From positions 6,595 to 70,594 of the forward strand of contig DF237440.1 in the NCBI GenBank assembly GCA_000708835.1: a stretch of DNA of 64,000 bases, in the 5' to 3' direction. Both the position numbers and the translations under genes were made by a program. The notes beneath the pieces are model-generated. The model was not told the DNA's origin, did no database searches, and was given only the letters and a program-made list of their open reading frames with translations. Every line of letters starts with the position of its first letter. Position 1 is the first letter of the stretch. Below are positions 22,033-34,508 of the stretch, piece after piece. This stretch comes from Klebsormidium nitens (taxonomy: Eukaryota; Plantae; Klebsormidiophyceae).

Positions 22033-24790
22033 TCAATCGGGCGCACGGTTGAGATCAATCTGGCGGCGCCGTGGGAAAGCCTCGTTTCCCGGAGGACAAG
22101 GGGACGAGGACAAGGAAAGGGAACTCAAGCAGACCGTTCCGGAAGAGCTTTCCGGTGCGCTAGTGTCAAGGCCACCGTCCAGCAACGGCGACGGAGTTCC
22201 GCCGGAAAGGGGTGCGAGGGTCGCCGCTTCCGCCCCGTTTGCTTCTGACACACCGACTGGCGTCTGCGACGGATCGGGTGCTCCCCGCTTCCGAGTCCGA
22301 GCGGAGTCCAGAGACGCTGACGGATTGGCATCCAGGGAGTGGGGCCGTTTCACACCGCTTCCACCATCGCTGGCGAGCGAACTAGGGGCGGGAGAGTTCC
22401 CGGCTCCGGATTGCGCCGCGTTGTGCACGTGCGTGAAGCCAGGGACTCGAGGAACGGAATCCGCCGGAAGTTGCTGCATGACAGGGCTGTTCCGGCGGAA
22501 CAAGTCCATCAGCTCCGGGAAGTCGTCGACCGTCATCTGGTTTACGGGCTTCCGCCGGAGCGACCGCAAGGATGTCGCAAAAGGGCGGTCTTCAGCCTCA
22601 ATCCCCTGCGCTTCTGCTCCCCAGATCTGCTGATCCCGATGCGACCGCAATTGCCCACCCACCATCGAATTTTCTTCACGACGAAAGCCGGCCGTTGGAT
22701 CGAGGCCCTCGAAACCCACTGCTAAATCAGCCAAGGCCCCTTCGCTCAGTGACGGTGCATGAGCTGGCCCAACAGCAACCCGCTCCTTCTCCCCCGGGCA
22801 ACTCTTCGTTTCCCGTTGGCTGTTTACCGCGCCCCCTAGACTGTACCCCGTTTCCCCCAGCCTCCTATCTCGATTCTCCGAGCTCCATCCCCTGTCTCCC
22901 AAACGCCGTCTCGGATCCCCGGGCTCCATCCCATTTCCCGCGAGCTCCATTAGATTTCCCCCACGCCCCATCTCGTTTTCGGCCGGGCTCCATACCCTTT
23001 CTCCGACGCTCCATCTCGGATCCCCGGGCTCCATGCGGTTTCCCCCAGGCTCCCTCTCGGTTCCCCCGGCCTCCATCTCGGCTCCCCCCGGGCTCCATCT
23101 CGGATCCCCAGGCTCCGTGTGGTTTCCCCGGGGCTCCCTCCCGTTTTCCCCGGCCTCCATCTCGTCTCCCCCCGGGCTCCATTGAGGTTCCCCCGGACTC
23201 CGCTCTATTTGCCCGGGGCTCCAACCCGTTTCCCGGCCCCGGCCTCCCCGCCCGAGTTACCCTCTGCAAAACCGCCGCGGCCTCGCGCAGCTTCGCGTGC
23301 TGCTGCCGTAGTCGGAGCACCGTGCGATAGCTTATGTCACCTGAGCCCCCACTCCCACCCTCGATTTCTCTCGCCTGCTCATCTAAGAGCGCATACATGC
23401 GCCCTATCACAAGCGCAACCTCCGCCTGAGTTTCGGCTGCTGGAGTGGGGACCGACTGGGAACCCTGTTTGGGGGATCCCCCCAGAGTCTGGTTGCTTGC
23501 CCCGTCCATATCGTTTTCTCCGCAGTCGGATCGCCACTCAGAACCATCGAAGCTGAGACGCTTCACTGTTGGCGATGCCGGCAAACCGCCCAGAGGTTGC
23601 ATGCAGCACAGAACTTAGTGCTCTTTGCTTGCTACCACTGGCCAGCTGATTAGGAGCTCCTAGTCCCCTGGAGAAGTCTCTTTGGATGTTTTACCAACCC
23701 TTTGGGGGCCCACTTTCAAGCAATCCTTGACTCCACATTTGAAGCCCAGTCAGAAAGGTGCTTCTCAGGGGGGGTAGTTGCCAGTATAGGAAGGAGGCGG
23801 TTCATACTTGCAGCTGAATTTGACAATGCGGCGGCTTGAGGTTCCAGAATCCGGCTTCTCAATTTCTGCGGATCTAGGGCTTCGCTTTCGAGAGTCCCTT
23901 TTGACCAGGTGCAACGTCATCAGCTGACTGGATCAAGTCAAAGTGCGGACGGTCCTCCACTGCGAGTGCTGATGCCCCGTTATACACGTCCGAAAACGTC
24001 AACCCCCAGGCAACCCCCCAGCTAACAATGCGCGGGGCCTTTCCTAACCCATGCAAGGAGAGGGGCCTCCTCCCAGGATTTTAGAGTCCCTAATTCTGCA
24101 AGACAAATAAGGGTACGTCTCAGCGAGTCTTGTTCAAAGTGTGCCCAGTGCACGTCGTTCTCAAGCGCCTCCCATTCTGATCGTGCTCCTGTCTGCAAGA
24201 TGGAGCTAAACGATGTGGCAATGAAATCCAATTGAGCTCCAGGTGAATGGCACTGGTGAGCTTACGATGCCAGGCAAGCTCCAGTCCAGCACTTGGTAAT
24301 GAAAAAAGGCATGAAGACTTGGACCTGGTAGTGACGTCTTCTTTACAAGCTGTGAATAATCCTTTCATGTGACATGTATGGAAGCCAGAAAACTAACATG
24401 CAAGCACAGAGAACGAATGTTGACAGCAACCCCTTACAACACAACAACTTGATCTCTAAATCTCAGAACGAACCAATCTTCAACTGTAGTGGTCATTGCT
24501 TACCTCGGGAAGCTGCCACAGGCCTGCATGCAGATAATCACCCAGCTGACCTCCGTCAACGTGAAGAGAAAGAATGAGCTCCTCCTCTTTGGTAACTTCA
24601 TGACCCAACGCCGCTCAATTGGCGCAGATTTCAAATCCATCTGCTGGCTTCTTGATATTGGAGCACATTTTCTTTAGTTGTCCCACAAGTTGCAGCCCAA
24701 TCAATTCTGAAATTACCTCGCTGTCCCTGGAAGCAGAGCGGATCAGACTTATACGCTCTGGTGCCGCCATTCCATTCTTACATCGACAAC
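22033..24790 (-). pseudogene. Disrupted gene for a disordered protein with C-terminal EAR-like motif (IDLNRAPD*)
   Basis: ORF 22865-23602 (coiled-coil-like part) and ORF 22033-23160 overlap in different frames within a G-rich repeat that has no intron-like pyrimidine tract. Upstream frames (23600-23880, 24500-24800) read coding-like but carry in-frame stops. An exon-like end LWQLPE|GTAAGC lies at ~24503. Confidence 0.5.
22880..23215. repeat. Degenerate ~84-bp tandem repeat
   Basis: CTCCATCTCGGATCCCC(G/A)GGCTCC recurs at ~23009 and ~23093, with related copies at ~22906 and ~23155. It encodes PGDPRWSPGGxEMEAG-type units on the minus strand. Confidence 0.8.
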
Positions 24791-25308
24791 TACTTGTAAT
24801 ACGGTACAAGCTGACAAGTCAGACAAGCCGCTACCATTGCAGGTACACCTGATTGTAGATGAAGCTGATCATTTGTTTCATTCACTGTTCCAGGGAGGGC
24901 AACAAGCCAGTGAGCAGGGCTTGAAAAGGTCGTGCTGTACGGGCCGAAATTAAATGGCCGGGCGGAAAAGTCGGCCAAGTGACAAGGGGGATCCCGAGGA
25001 TGACGGTCGAATCCAGGAATTAGTTGAGCGTCAGAATACATAAGCTCACAAATTTACCCAAACTCACATTTCCAGTCCTAAAACACCCTTTCCCACCCTA
25101 AACCGCAGGACAAACCTAGGTAGCTCTGACAATTCGAGAGTTCGACGCTCGAATCCCACTTCCCGACTGAATTATTCACCGAATCGCAACGGCAACGTTT
25201 TGGTTAGTGATGACATCAACGTAATTATTGAGGACGGCTTCCCGGCTCCTCCGGTCATGCGAATGAGATGTACCGGGAACGATGATCAATCGAAGAACAC
25301 CGGGGATA

Positions 25309-25744
25309 CATGCGACCGCTACATTTCTGTTTCCGCGACAATGTGGCGGTCCTGAGACCAAACCCTCGTCGGATGCCACCGCCAGCCGGACAAAATTTGG
25401 AAAGTACAATTCGATCGCGCGATCGGACCATCAAAACCGCCAGAATGTGGCTGGCGGTTTGGGGGTCCTCCTAGAATCTGGCGGTTCCGACATTCCAAAC
25501 CGAGGACTCCTAATGCCTGAATCTGCAGACTGGAGTACCCGGTACCATATCGGTGAGTATCCACCTTTTTCTTCGCGATTAAAATCTTTATTTTCGAATT
25601 AAATCTGACGACTCACCGGCAGATTATCGAACGCACCGTCGAAAGTCGTACCTTCTCAACGATCCGTCCGTACCGCATTCGTACAGCCCGACCGGAAGTC
25701 AACCCACCACAATCTGGCGGAAATGTAATTGTAGCGGTCGCATG
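25309..25744. mobile_element. Degenerate foldback/MITE-like element
   Basis: CATGCGACCGCTACA (25309-25323) is a perfect inverted repeat of TGTAGCGGTCGCATG (25730-25744). Interrupted similarity continues ~100 bp inward. No transposase ORF. Confidence 0.5.
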
Positions 25745-27008
25745 CGACGCAGCCCATAGCGAGTTTCTCCAGCTACAAGCAGGCCGCCTCGGGCCCGGAC
25801 CCCGGTCCATCATTTCGCGGGTGGCGGAAGGCGCGTACGGTGGGTTGACACGGTAGTGACTTGTGAGTCGTGACGTTACATCCCCCGGGCCAATCATCAA
25901 TGATTTTAGCCCCAGGCACACCGGGCCGGCCAAGACGAGGGCCGGGGAATTTCCTAGAAAGGAGAGCCGGGCTGCCGGGGCCGCTGCAACCGGGCCAAAG
26001 GTCTCAAGGCTCAACTTCGATCATGCGTTTGGGTACTTCGAACTTGAACGATGTTCTGTTGTTTTATGCGCTATGCACCCGGGTGTGCACGCGTTCAGAC
26101 GCATCTAAAATTAGCGACTGGAAACCCCAGGATACCGCAGTCTCGGTCGCCCCGAAGTTTTATGACGTCATCGCTGCGGCGACGTTGACCGGGACTTTTG
26201 CCGCATTAGGATCGCTGCGATAGCCACGTGGACGCCCTCAACCCCAGCGCCGTCTTTAAAAGTTAATACGAAGTGAACCATCATGCGTTTGATAAACCTT
26301 TCGGTCCGGCACCCCGGCGGGTTGAGCATCTTAAAAGTCCCGGTCGGCCCTGCCCGGCCGGCCCCGTAGTCTCTAATATCTATGCAGAAACACCTACCCG
26401 GCCGCGCTGCGCACGCGCACATTCACTGCTTCACTGCGTCGGGCCCAATTAATGCATCATGCATGTCATGACCAGTGTGGACGAGCTGATTTCATAAGCG
26501 CCCAATAATTCCCTAGGGTTTTGCACCTACCTAGTATCTCCGTTCCTTGTATAATAGGAATTAGCTATGGGTGGCCTTGAAGTCAGAATAGCTACCTACA
26601 CCGCCAAAGAGGCGGACGAGAAGATTGATTCAGGAGGTACTTGAGATGGTGTTGTCAAGCTGTTGATTCACAGTCGTACCTAATCATATCAGTGGAGGAT
26701 CGGGCTAGGTATTACCCAACTTAAGTCACGACTCGACGCGCCGTCCTCCTTTGCGTCCCCGCCAATCTGCCAAACGGTTCAACTTTCTCTCTAAGATCGA
26801 CAAGCGAAAAGCAACGAGAGCCAGCTGTCTTTTCCTGATCAGAGTACGGTAAATATGTGATCAACAGCTGTTTACAATTGATATAATATGCTGGCGACCC
26901 ACACTGCGGATAGCTTAGAGCAACGACAGATACCCAAGCTGCGGCCATGCCACCTATGAGGGCTGCTGCCGTTCAGATTTGTTGGCTCTAACTTGAGCTG
27001 CGAAAGTC

Positions 27009-30000
27009 ATGGAGCCTGCCAGCAGAGCCGCGCGCTTCCGCGTTTTGATCGTGTCACCTCCTACCTCTGGTGAGCAGCATTGTGACGAAGGCTTTGATAC
27101 ACCTTGTTCTAAAGTGCAAAAAGCACTTAAACTCTTTTCGGTAATCTATGTTCAAACAAGTCTTGCAGGCCCAATTTTTGTGGAGAGCTTGACTTTTTTA
27201 TTGGCTGGGCAAACGGGCACTCTCTGTCAGATTATCTGAAGCACTGGAGGGACGTGTGAGGAGTCATGAGCCGCAATATGAGCCTTTGCTATGAGCCCTT
27301 GGGCCAGCTTTCTGCTGTCCGGACCCAGACTCCCGGCCGATGGTTTCTGTGCCTCACAGGTTGCGAGGGCTTTGAGGCAATGAATTCTTCCACGACACTT
27401 TTGAGTGACAGCATTGTTGAGGACCTTGATGTCATCTGCTGGATGTCTGGCCAGAATCTGGCACCCTAATTCTGCAGCTCATTGCCCAGAAAGCTAGTGA
27501 CCTGTCCCATCATCTCCATGATTTGGAAAAGCGAACTCGTATGGCGAAGTCAGACCTCACTCCATTCCTTCCCAGCTCAAAGCTTCGCACGTTCCCAGGG
27601 TATGGGGCTCAACAGAGCAACTTGCCTCCTTTACCAGCTTGCTCATAATTGAAATATAAACAGGTTAACAGAGCAACTTGCCTCATTACTTCGAATAAAT
27701 AAATAACTGAATAAAGAAATAGATAAACAAATAAAAGTTTCTGACAATCTGCATTCTGACCACCTTCCGAGTGAAACTTTTAGCTTTGAGCATTCTCACC
27801 AGCCCAGTCTCAGGACCGATGGGTGGAACTCTCAGCATTCAAAGCTCTTGCCATTAAAGTAGATCAGTTTCTGAAGTGCTCTCCATCTTTTCGTTTGTTT
27901 GGTCGACAGTCGCAGTTTCTTGCTTTCGTTAGCTGGCCTTTTAATATTGAACTTTCCAAAATTTTAGAGATCTGGGTCTGGTAGCACTTGGTGCTCATAT
28001 GCAACTCATCTTCCTATCAAGGATCAGGACGTAATCAAGACCGGTTTCTTGGGGTTCCGACCACAGAGTGCACTACATAATGTCAAAGCTGAACTGGTAT
28101 ATTCGGTTCATTGCTGATCTAGAAAATCTACGAGGTTACTTTGTCGATCTGATTCCAAGATCGCCAACGCAAAAGCTTGCTGAATCAGGGACCTCTCACT
28201 TACTACAGCCGTACTCAATCAAGAGCGAACTTTACTTTCCCCCGGTCTCTGTCCAGGCCACTTCACCCCGCTCGTTGCCATTGCCTCTCCGAGCTCAAGG
28301 GGCGGGGCCATGACGTCACGTTCCTGGGGCTGGTGCACAAGGGCCGGGAAGACTTCTTCCTCAAAGAACTCAATCACGCGGGGATTCCTTTCCACTCGCT
28401 CGGGTACTGGCCTCAGAGCAAGACGGACGACCAAACCTTAGGGGTAAAAGCTGAGTTCAGCGAATGCTCCCGGTTTCTGGCTTACATGGAGGGGGACGTG
28501 GCAACTTGGATCGGGCTCGACAAGTTCTTGGCCAATCAGACGGTGCAGACAGCTGGCACCGGAAGTGGGTCGGGTAAAAATGTCACTGCAAATGATGGTT
28601 CTCGACCATGCGTTCCAAGTAACCGGCAGCTGCGCGGAAAACAAATACGGTATCCTTCCTGTTTACATCCACATGTGGCGCAACTTCGTCATCTCCCCCT
28701 CCTGGCCGTTTCTTGCAATGGGAACCAACGTTTCCATCGGGATGAGCTTTTGGCAGCGGCTATGGAACGAGTACGTCAGGCTGGGGGACGCCCTATACGT
28801 CGAGCCGTTTGTTTTGAGGGGCAAGCTGGAGTCGATCCTCAGAGAGAAACGTGTCAAGCTCCCCGTGATGCCACGTGGCTACATCCAATATGACGGCAGC
28901 GCCGCTATCATAACCGGAGGCCCCGGGTTCGACTTCCCTGTTCCCCTCCCTCCCACGGCGTTTTACACCGGCCCGCTCTTGAGCCGATTCGCACAGGAGA
29001 TGTCTCGCCCGTTGGCGGCGTGGCTAGCGTCCAACGTAAAACGGGTTCGGTTGTCGTAGTTAACCTTGGCACCGATAACCCCCTCACACACGACATGGTC
29101 GTGGTAATCATTGGTGGGCTCCAGGATTTAGCCATGGAGGTTCTGTGGGTAGTTACGGAAACCGCGTACAGTGCGCTCGCGCCCTTCGAGGTCCCCGTCA
29201 ACTTCTGGTTGGAGAAGTCCATTCCGCAGCGGGAGGTTTTACGGCACCCGGCCGTGGCCGCGATGATTACGCACTGCGGGGGAGATGGAGCGCAGGTAAA
29301 CTTTCTCTCACGAAGTGCTGAAAGTGTTAATCAGACCACTGCAATTTAAGCAGCCGATTCCACAGGATGTTGCAGTCGCTTTCTCGCTAGAGTGCTCTTT
29401 CGAGGTTCGACGCGTGGCTTGCGTCACGGTTTGCTTGTAAAGCGTTCAGCCACTTGACAGACTGTTATCTACAAGTTCCCCGCATCCAGACGAATCCAGA
29501 TCAGGGGACCCAAGGAACATCTAAGCACGCAGCGGTAGGCGGAAAATTTGCTCGAAGGTTTTGTGCGGCTTCGAGTTTCTGGTCCCTAAGTGTTGGTGCC
29601 CGTCACAATCATCCGGGGCCGGATCCGCTCTTCTCAAGTTTTGTTGGGCACCTTAGACGTGGAGGACATGTCCCCTCTGCTGTACGTAGATCTTAAAAAC
29701 GCAGAGAGGGCTGACTTTTGAAGACCGGACCTTTAAGAAGCTGACTTGTTTCTTTGAGAAGCGGGCTATCAATCCTTATAGTACGTTAGAATATCTACGG
29801 AGCAGCTTGTGGGAACGAAAGGGAGCTGAAAGTCAGGGATCTAGATCGGCTGTGTTTGACATTTGGAAAGGCTGACCCTCGCCTGTGTTGGATGCAAGAA
29901 GCTTTGGCGTATGGGGTTCCTGTGATTGGTTTACCGATGACGCACGGTGAGGGCGAGCAGAAAAGTCGTTGCTCGGGTGATGCAGCGCTGCGGCAGACGT

Positions 30001-31513
30001 TTTCGTTTTCTGCCTGTGGGGACACTTCGCATCCGCTTCGAAGATTGAGCTTCACTGAACGATCTTTGAGAAGCGGCCAGTCGCGGCTCTGATTGAGAGT
30101 TTGAGATTTGCCGCTATAAGAACGGAAGCTCTTGGTCGAATCCGTGGTTTTACCGGCAGCACGGTCTTGGTTGTTGAGCGGACTTCTTTCTACTTAGCAG
30201 GTGTGCTTTCCTTCTCCAATGAAAAGCCTAGACAAGAATACTCGATTCTCAAAAGTGGCCCGTTCATAGCTTTGATAAAGCCCGAGTGATCGTATCTGCT
30301 AACTATTATGTTTTAGACCTCAACTGGTTCGAAGATCTATCTTCCTTTCAGACACTAATTAAAGAACCAAAGTGTATCTTTAAACCCGCTGGAGAGTGAT
30401 TCTTGGCCTTTTCACGGTGGGACTATCGGACGTGTTGGAAGGGCCTTGGTAACTAGGGGTCAGACGATTCTTCAAGTGCTTGATACTGCGCCCTCAGACC
30501 TTCCATTTCTGTCTACTCGCTCAATGCAAGGGCGCAACTCAAGCGGGCTCCGAGAAGAAACGGACTTTGATCCAATCCGTGCACGATCTTGTCTCTGCAG
30601 AGGAATACGACGTCGCGCAAAGACTGGCGCACGCAGGCTTCCCTGTTCTGGACCCACTGCGCGCGATGCCGGCCGACCTTTCTGCCGCAGTGCGCGCGGT
30701 AACCGCGCGAGACCCAACTACGGAGAACGCCTACCAGGCGAAAGCGCGCAAGATCGCGCGCATTTTTCGCTTCCTGGGGGGCGCGCCGAGAGCCGCAGGT
30801 ATGGAGAAAAATTCTGCCTTGATTCGGCCTCCGAATCGCTTACAAGGAGATTGCATGCAGGTTGTCTAGCAGCGGTGATCGTGGCATAGTTCGGTTCTGC
30901 GGCAAACTTTGATTTGCAGTGTCGGTTCTACGGTTCCAGTAGGTTTCGAGTTGTTGAAAAGTGGCTGCAAGAACATGTCCATGCGAAGTGCATTAACAAT
31001 CACAGGCAATTTTGGCTGCTAACCAGGCTGTTATTGCACTCGAGCTCAGGTTAGTGGACGGATAACCGGGCTATAACCTTGTTCGGGGCTGGTAATACCG
31101 CACAATTTTGGTTATAGTCTTCTGGGACATTGAACCACTTTCTAACCAGCCCATAAGCAGCCCGTCACCACCCCTCGTTAAGGGCCACAGTCTCTTGTGA
31201 ATGCCCTGTACCTGCACTCTGCCTCATCCCTTTGATACGCTCGGCACGGGCAAAAGAAAAGTAACCATATAGCGAGCGCGTGTGGCGAGATCGTCTTTTG
31301 ACAGCACGGGTGTCTTTCGTTTACGCGCGCGCAGATTTTGTGGAGCTCGTCGCGGAGCTGGGCACCGAGCACCAGCTGCGGACGCCCGATCTGAGCATGT
31401 CCTGGTTTGTGAAGCACAAACTAGACCTGTTGATCTTAGTAGCGATCTTCGCGGGTGTCATTTTTCTCGCAGCCAACGTCTCCGTACGATTTCTCGTTGG
31501 CGAACTTCTCTAA
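27009..31513 (+). pseudogene. UDP-glycosyltransferase (GT1) copy 1, C-terminal membrane anchor, frameshifted
   Basis: Exons 27009-27069 (RVLIVSPPTSG), 28257-29295 (HFTPLVAIA..ELKGRGHDVTF...IPQREVLRHPAVAAMITHCG), 29898-29946 (EALAYGVPVIGLP), 30601-30798 and 31335-31513 (DLSMSWFVKHKLD + hydrophobic helix). Compared with copy 2: frameshifts at ~28286, ~28590 and ~29040, and the exon-3 acceptor reads TGCAA instead of TGCAG. Confidence 0.85.
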
Positions 31514-32032
31514 AGATCCTAGCAGGGGCAGGAAAATTCTCGTAGCGAAACCGAACGTTGAATATGTAGTTGCATAAGGTGCCGGGGTTAGCGAGGTATA
31601 TTGCCACTCGGGTTAGCGCGCTGGGTTAGCCAGATATTTCAGGGAAAGAAAGGGAGGGGTGGTAGAAATGCGGGAAATCCAGAAATTAAGGCGTTCCCAT
31701 GAGTTGGGCACCGAAGGACAATTGATAAGAGTAAGACGAGGGAAAAGTTACGGGTTGGACGAAACCTGCCCAATGAACGGAGTAGTTAAGTAGGAAAGGC
31801 ATGAGCCTGTCGTGGTCCTAGAGCTGCATAAAGATCCCGCTAAATCCACAATAATGGGTTTTGTACTTAGGTGCCGCTTCCGAACCTGGAACGATAAGGT
31901 GGAAGGGGGCCAGAGAACGCTTCTGCCATCATCAAGTTCTCAGGCATAGTGCTGCAGGAAAGGCACACCAGATCCGAAGAGTCTTGATCAATCTCATTCA
32001 GCAGTATCTTCTGTTAGAAGTATTTGCGCACT

Positions 32033-32134
32033 GCCACTCGGGCCACACTGGCGCCAGTGTGACGTTTGGGGTATGCAAGTATCCAATTCAATCGCTCCAC
32101 AAGTGTCCACTGGCGCCAGTGTGGCCCGAGTGGC
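32033..32134. repeat. Perfect 27-bp inverted repeat abutting the gap
   Basis: GCCACTCGGGCCACACTGGCGCCAGTG (32033-32059) and CACTGGCGCCAGTGTGGCCCGAGTGGC (32108-32134). Each arm contains the palindrome CACTGGCGCCAGTG. Confidence 0.9.
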
Positions 32135-33114
32135 NNNNNNNNNNNNNNNNNNNNNNNNNNNNNNNNNNNNNNNNNNNNNNNNNNNNNNNNNNNNNNNNNN
32201 NNNNNNNNNNNNNNNNNNNNNNNNNNNNNNNNNNNNNNNNNNNNNNNNNNNNNNNNNNNNNNNNNNNNNNNNNNNNNNNNNNNNNNNNNNNNNNNNNNNN
32301 NNNNNNNNNNNNNNNNNNNNNNNNNNNNNNNNNNNNNNNNNNNNNNNNNNNNNNNNNNNNNNNNNNNNNNNNNNNNNNNNNNNNNNNNNNNNNNNNNNNN
32401 NNNNNNNNNNNNNNNNNNNNNNNNNNNNNNNNNNNNNNNNNNNNNNNNNNNNNNNNNNNNNNNNNNNNNNNNNNNNNNNNNNNNNNNNNNNNNNNNNNNN
32501 NNNNNNNNNNNNNNNNNNNNNNNNNNNNNNNNNNNNNNNNNNNNNNNNNNNNNNNNNNNNNNNNNNNNNNNNNNNNNNNNNNNNNNNNNNNNNNNNNNNN
32601 NNNNNNNNNNNNNNNNNNNNNNNNNNNNNNNNNNNNNNNNNNNNNNNNNNNNNNNNNNNNNNNNNNNNNNNNNNNNNNNNNNNNNNNNNNNNNNNNNNNN
32701 NNNNNNNNNNNNNNNNNNNNNNNNNNNNNNNNNNNNNNNNNNNNNNNNNNNNNNNNNNNNNNNNNNNNNNNNNNNNNNNNNNNNNNNNNNNNNNNNNNNN
32801 NNNNNNNNNNNNNNNNNNNNNNNNNNNNNNNNNNNNNNNNNNNNNNNNNNNNNNNNNNNNNNNNNNNNNNNNNNNNNNNNNNNNNNNNNNNNNNNNNNNN
32901 NNNNNNNNNNNNNNNNNNNNNNNNNNNNNNNNNNNNNNNNNNNNNNNNNNNNNNNNNNNNNNNNNNNNNNNNNNNNNNNNNNNNNNNNNNNNNNNNNNNN
33001 NNNNNNNNNNNNNNNNNNNNNNNNNNNNNNNNNNNNNNNNNNNNNNNNNNNNNNNNNNNNNNNNNNNNNNNNNNNNNNNNNNNNNNNNNNNNNNNNNNNN
33101 NNNNNNNNNNNNNN
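32135..33114. other. Assembly gap (N run)
   Basis: Continuous N bases. Confidence 1.
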
Positions 33115-33128
33115 CTGGTTCCAGCTAA

Positions 33129-33212
33129 GTGATCCAGCTGGTAAACGAGAGCAAGCTGCCGAAGAGCTTCTGGGGGGATGCAGTTCGGTTGGCAAATCAG
33201 ATGAAAAACCGT
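33129..33212 (+). mobile_element. Ty1/copia integrase C-terminal remnant
   Basis: Translates VIQLVNESKLPKSFWGDAVRLANQMKNR, resembling the copia integrase segment ...ESxLPKxFWxEAVxxAxYxxNR. Preceded by an in-frame stop, 15 bp from the gap. Confidence 0.6.
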
Positions 33213-34508
33213 GAAATCAGTGGGCCCATGCTTAAGTGTTGTGGACCATAGTGACTGGATCGTAGATGCTGTGATCGTAGACTGAAGTGACCACCGAGCT
33301 GTTAGACCGCTGTGACCTGTGGACCAATGTTGTCCACATTGTGCTGAGTCGATTAATTCATAGCAGTGATGGTGGTCACAAATGTTGGAATGACGTTCTG
33401 CTACCTTGCAAGGGCAAAGCTCATGCCCGCCTCCTGTGCACGGCCGTAGTAACCCTTCACTAGAGCGGACCTTTGACAACGACATGAGACCTGACGTGTG
33501 TCAAAAGCTTGCAGATCTAGAAAAGCACGCAGACAAGAGAGCATCCCAGCTCAATCAAAACAGCAAGTCATAGATTACTAATGATCTGCTGAATTGGCGG
33601 CACTCCCAAATGCAGATCTGTATCTCCTTTCCCAGCTTTCAATTCATGGGTGAAATGTCAAGCAAACAATGCTCACCTCAATGTCGCCCCTTCGACAGAG
33701 TCCGGCACGTGGGCTATCGTGTTCTGATCACTTTGAGCCTGAGCCCTTAAGTGTCCGGCCTTGCGGGATAGAGCAGTGCGACCATTTCCCCTGAAACCGA
33801 CACGAGCAACACGGACCGGCGCCGCTGGTTGCGTGCGAACGCAGTGCTTCCCTCCTCTGAGCTGGTCAAGCGGGTCCTTAGTAAGACAGTTTGGCGCAAG
33901 CTGAGTCCAACGTTGGTGCAGTACTCCAGATGGAGCGGTCGCAGTCTGCATCCTGTGGCGCGGCCGGGCCGGGGTCAGCTTTGCGGGAGCTGGGAGGATT
34001 GAATATATAGACGTTAAGCCGGCGCCCCGGACAAGGGCAAACTTGAAGTCGCAGAGGAGAGCAATCAGTGCAGGTAATTGCAAAATGCTATCAGCTGGCT
34101 GCACTTGGCACGTCCACTACTAGTGAAAGATTAAAAGGATTCAGGATACGAGACTAGAGGGCCTGAAGCCCCGGGGTGCAGACGGCCACCCAGACCCTTG
34201 TATGTAGCTTGAGCAGGTGAGCTCGCGGCCGCTCAAGGAGCATGTACGGTATCCTGTATTAGCTGCCTGTAAACACACCCTTTCTATTCGGTATAAAATC
34301 AAAAGACGACAAGGAATTCGGCCCCAGTGCCCCCACCTTCCAAGCCTCGCGCCTATATACTTATTTTCGTTTCTTACAAGTACAAGATTTCTCCTTTGAA
34401 CCTAACCCATTGCTTTACCTCATGCGCCATGCTGGTGATAGCGTTATTTGGGATCCCCAAAATGACTACCCCATAATCCCTCCAAGGCCTCAAACTTGAA
34501 CGACGTAG

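Noticed and set aside
22049-23330. Plus-strand Pro-rich ORFs (194 aa, 252 aa)
   Set aside because: Antisense shadows of the minus-strand repeat-containing frames.
27240-27740. Possible retroelement remnant in UGT1 intron 1 (18-bp direct repeat AACAGAGCAACTTGCCTC and A-rich tail)
   Set aside because: No convincing RT/integrase motif and no target-site duplication identified.
31861-33485. Long ORFs spanning the first N run
   Set aside because: Artefacts of translating N as X.
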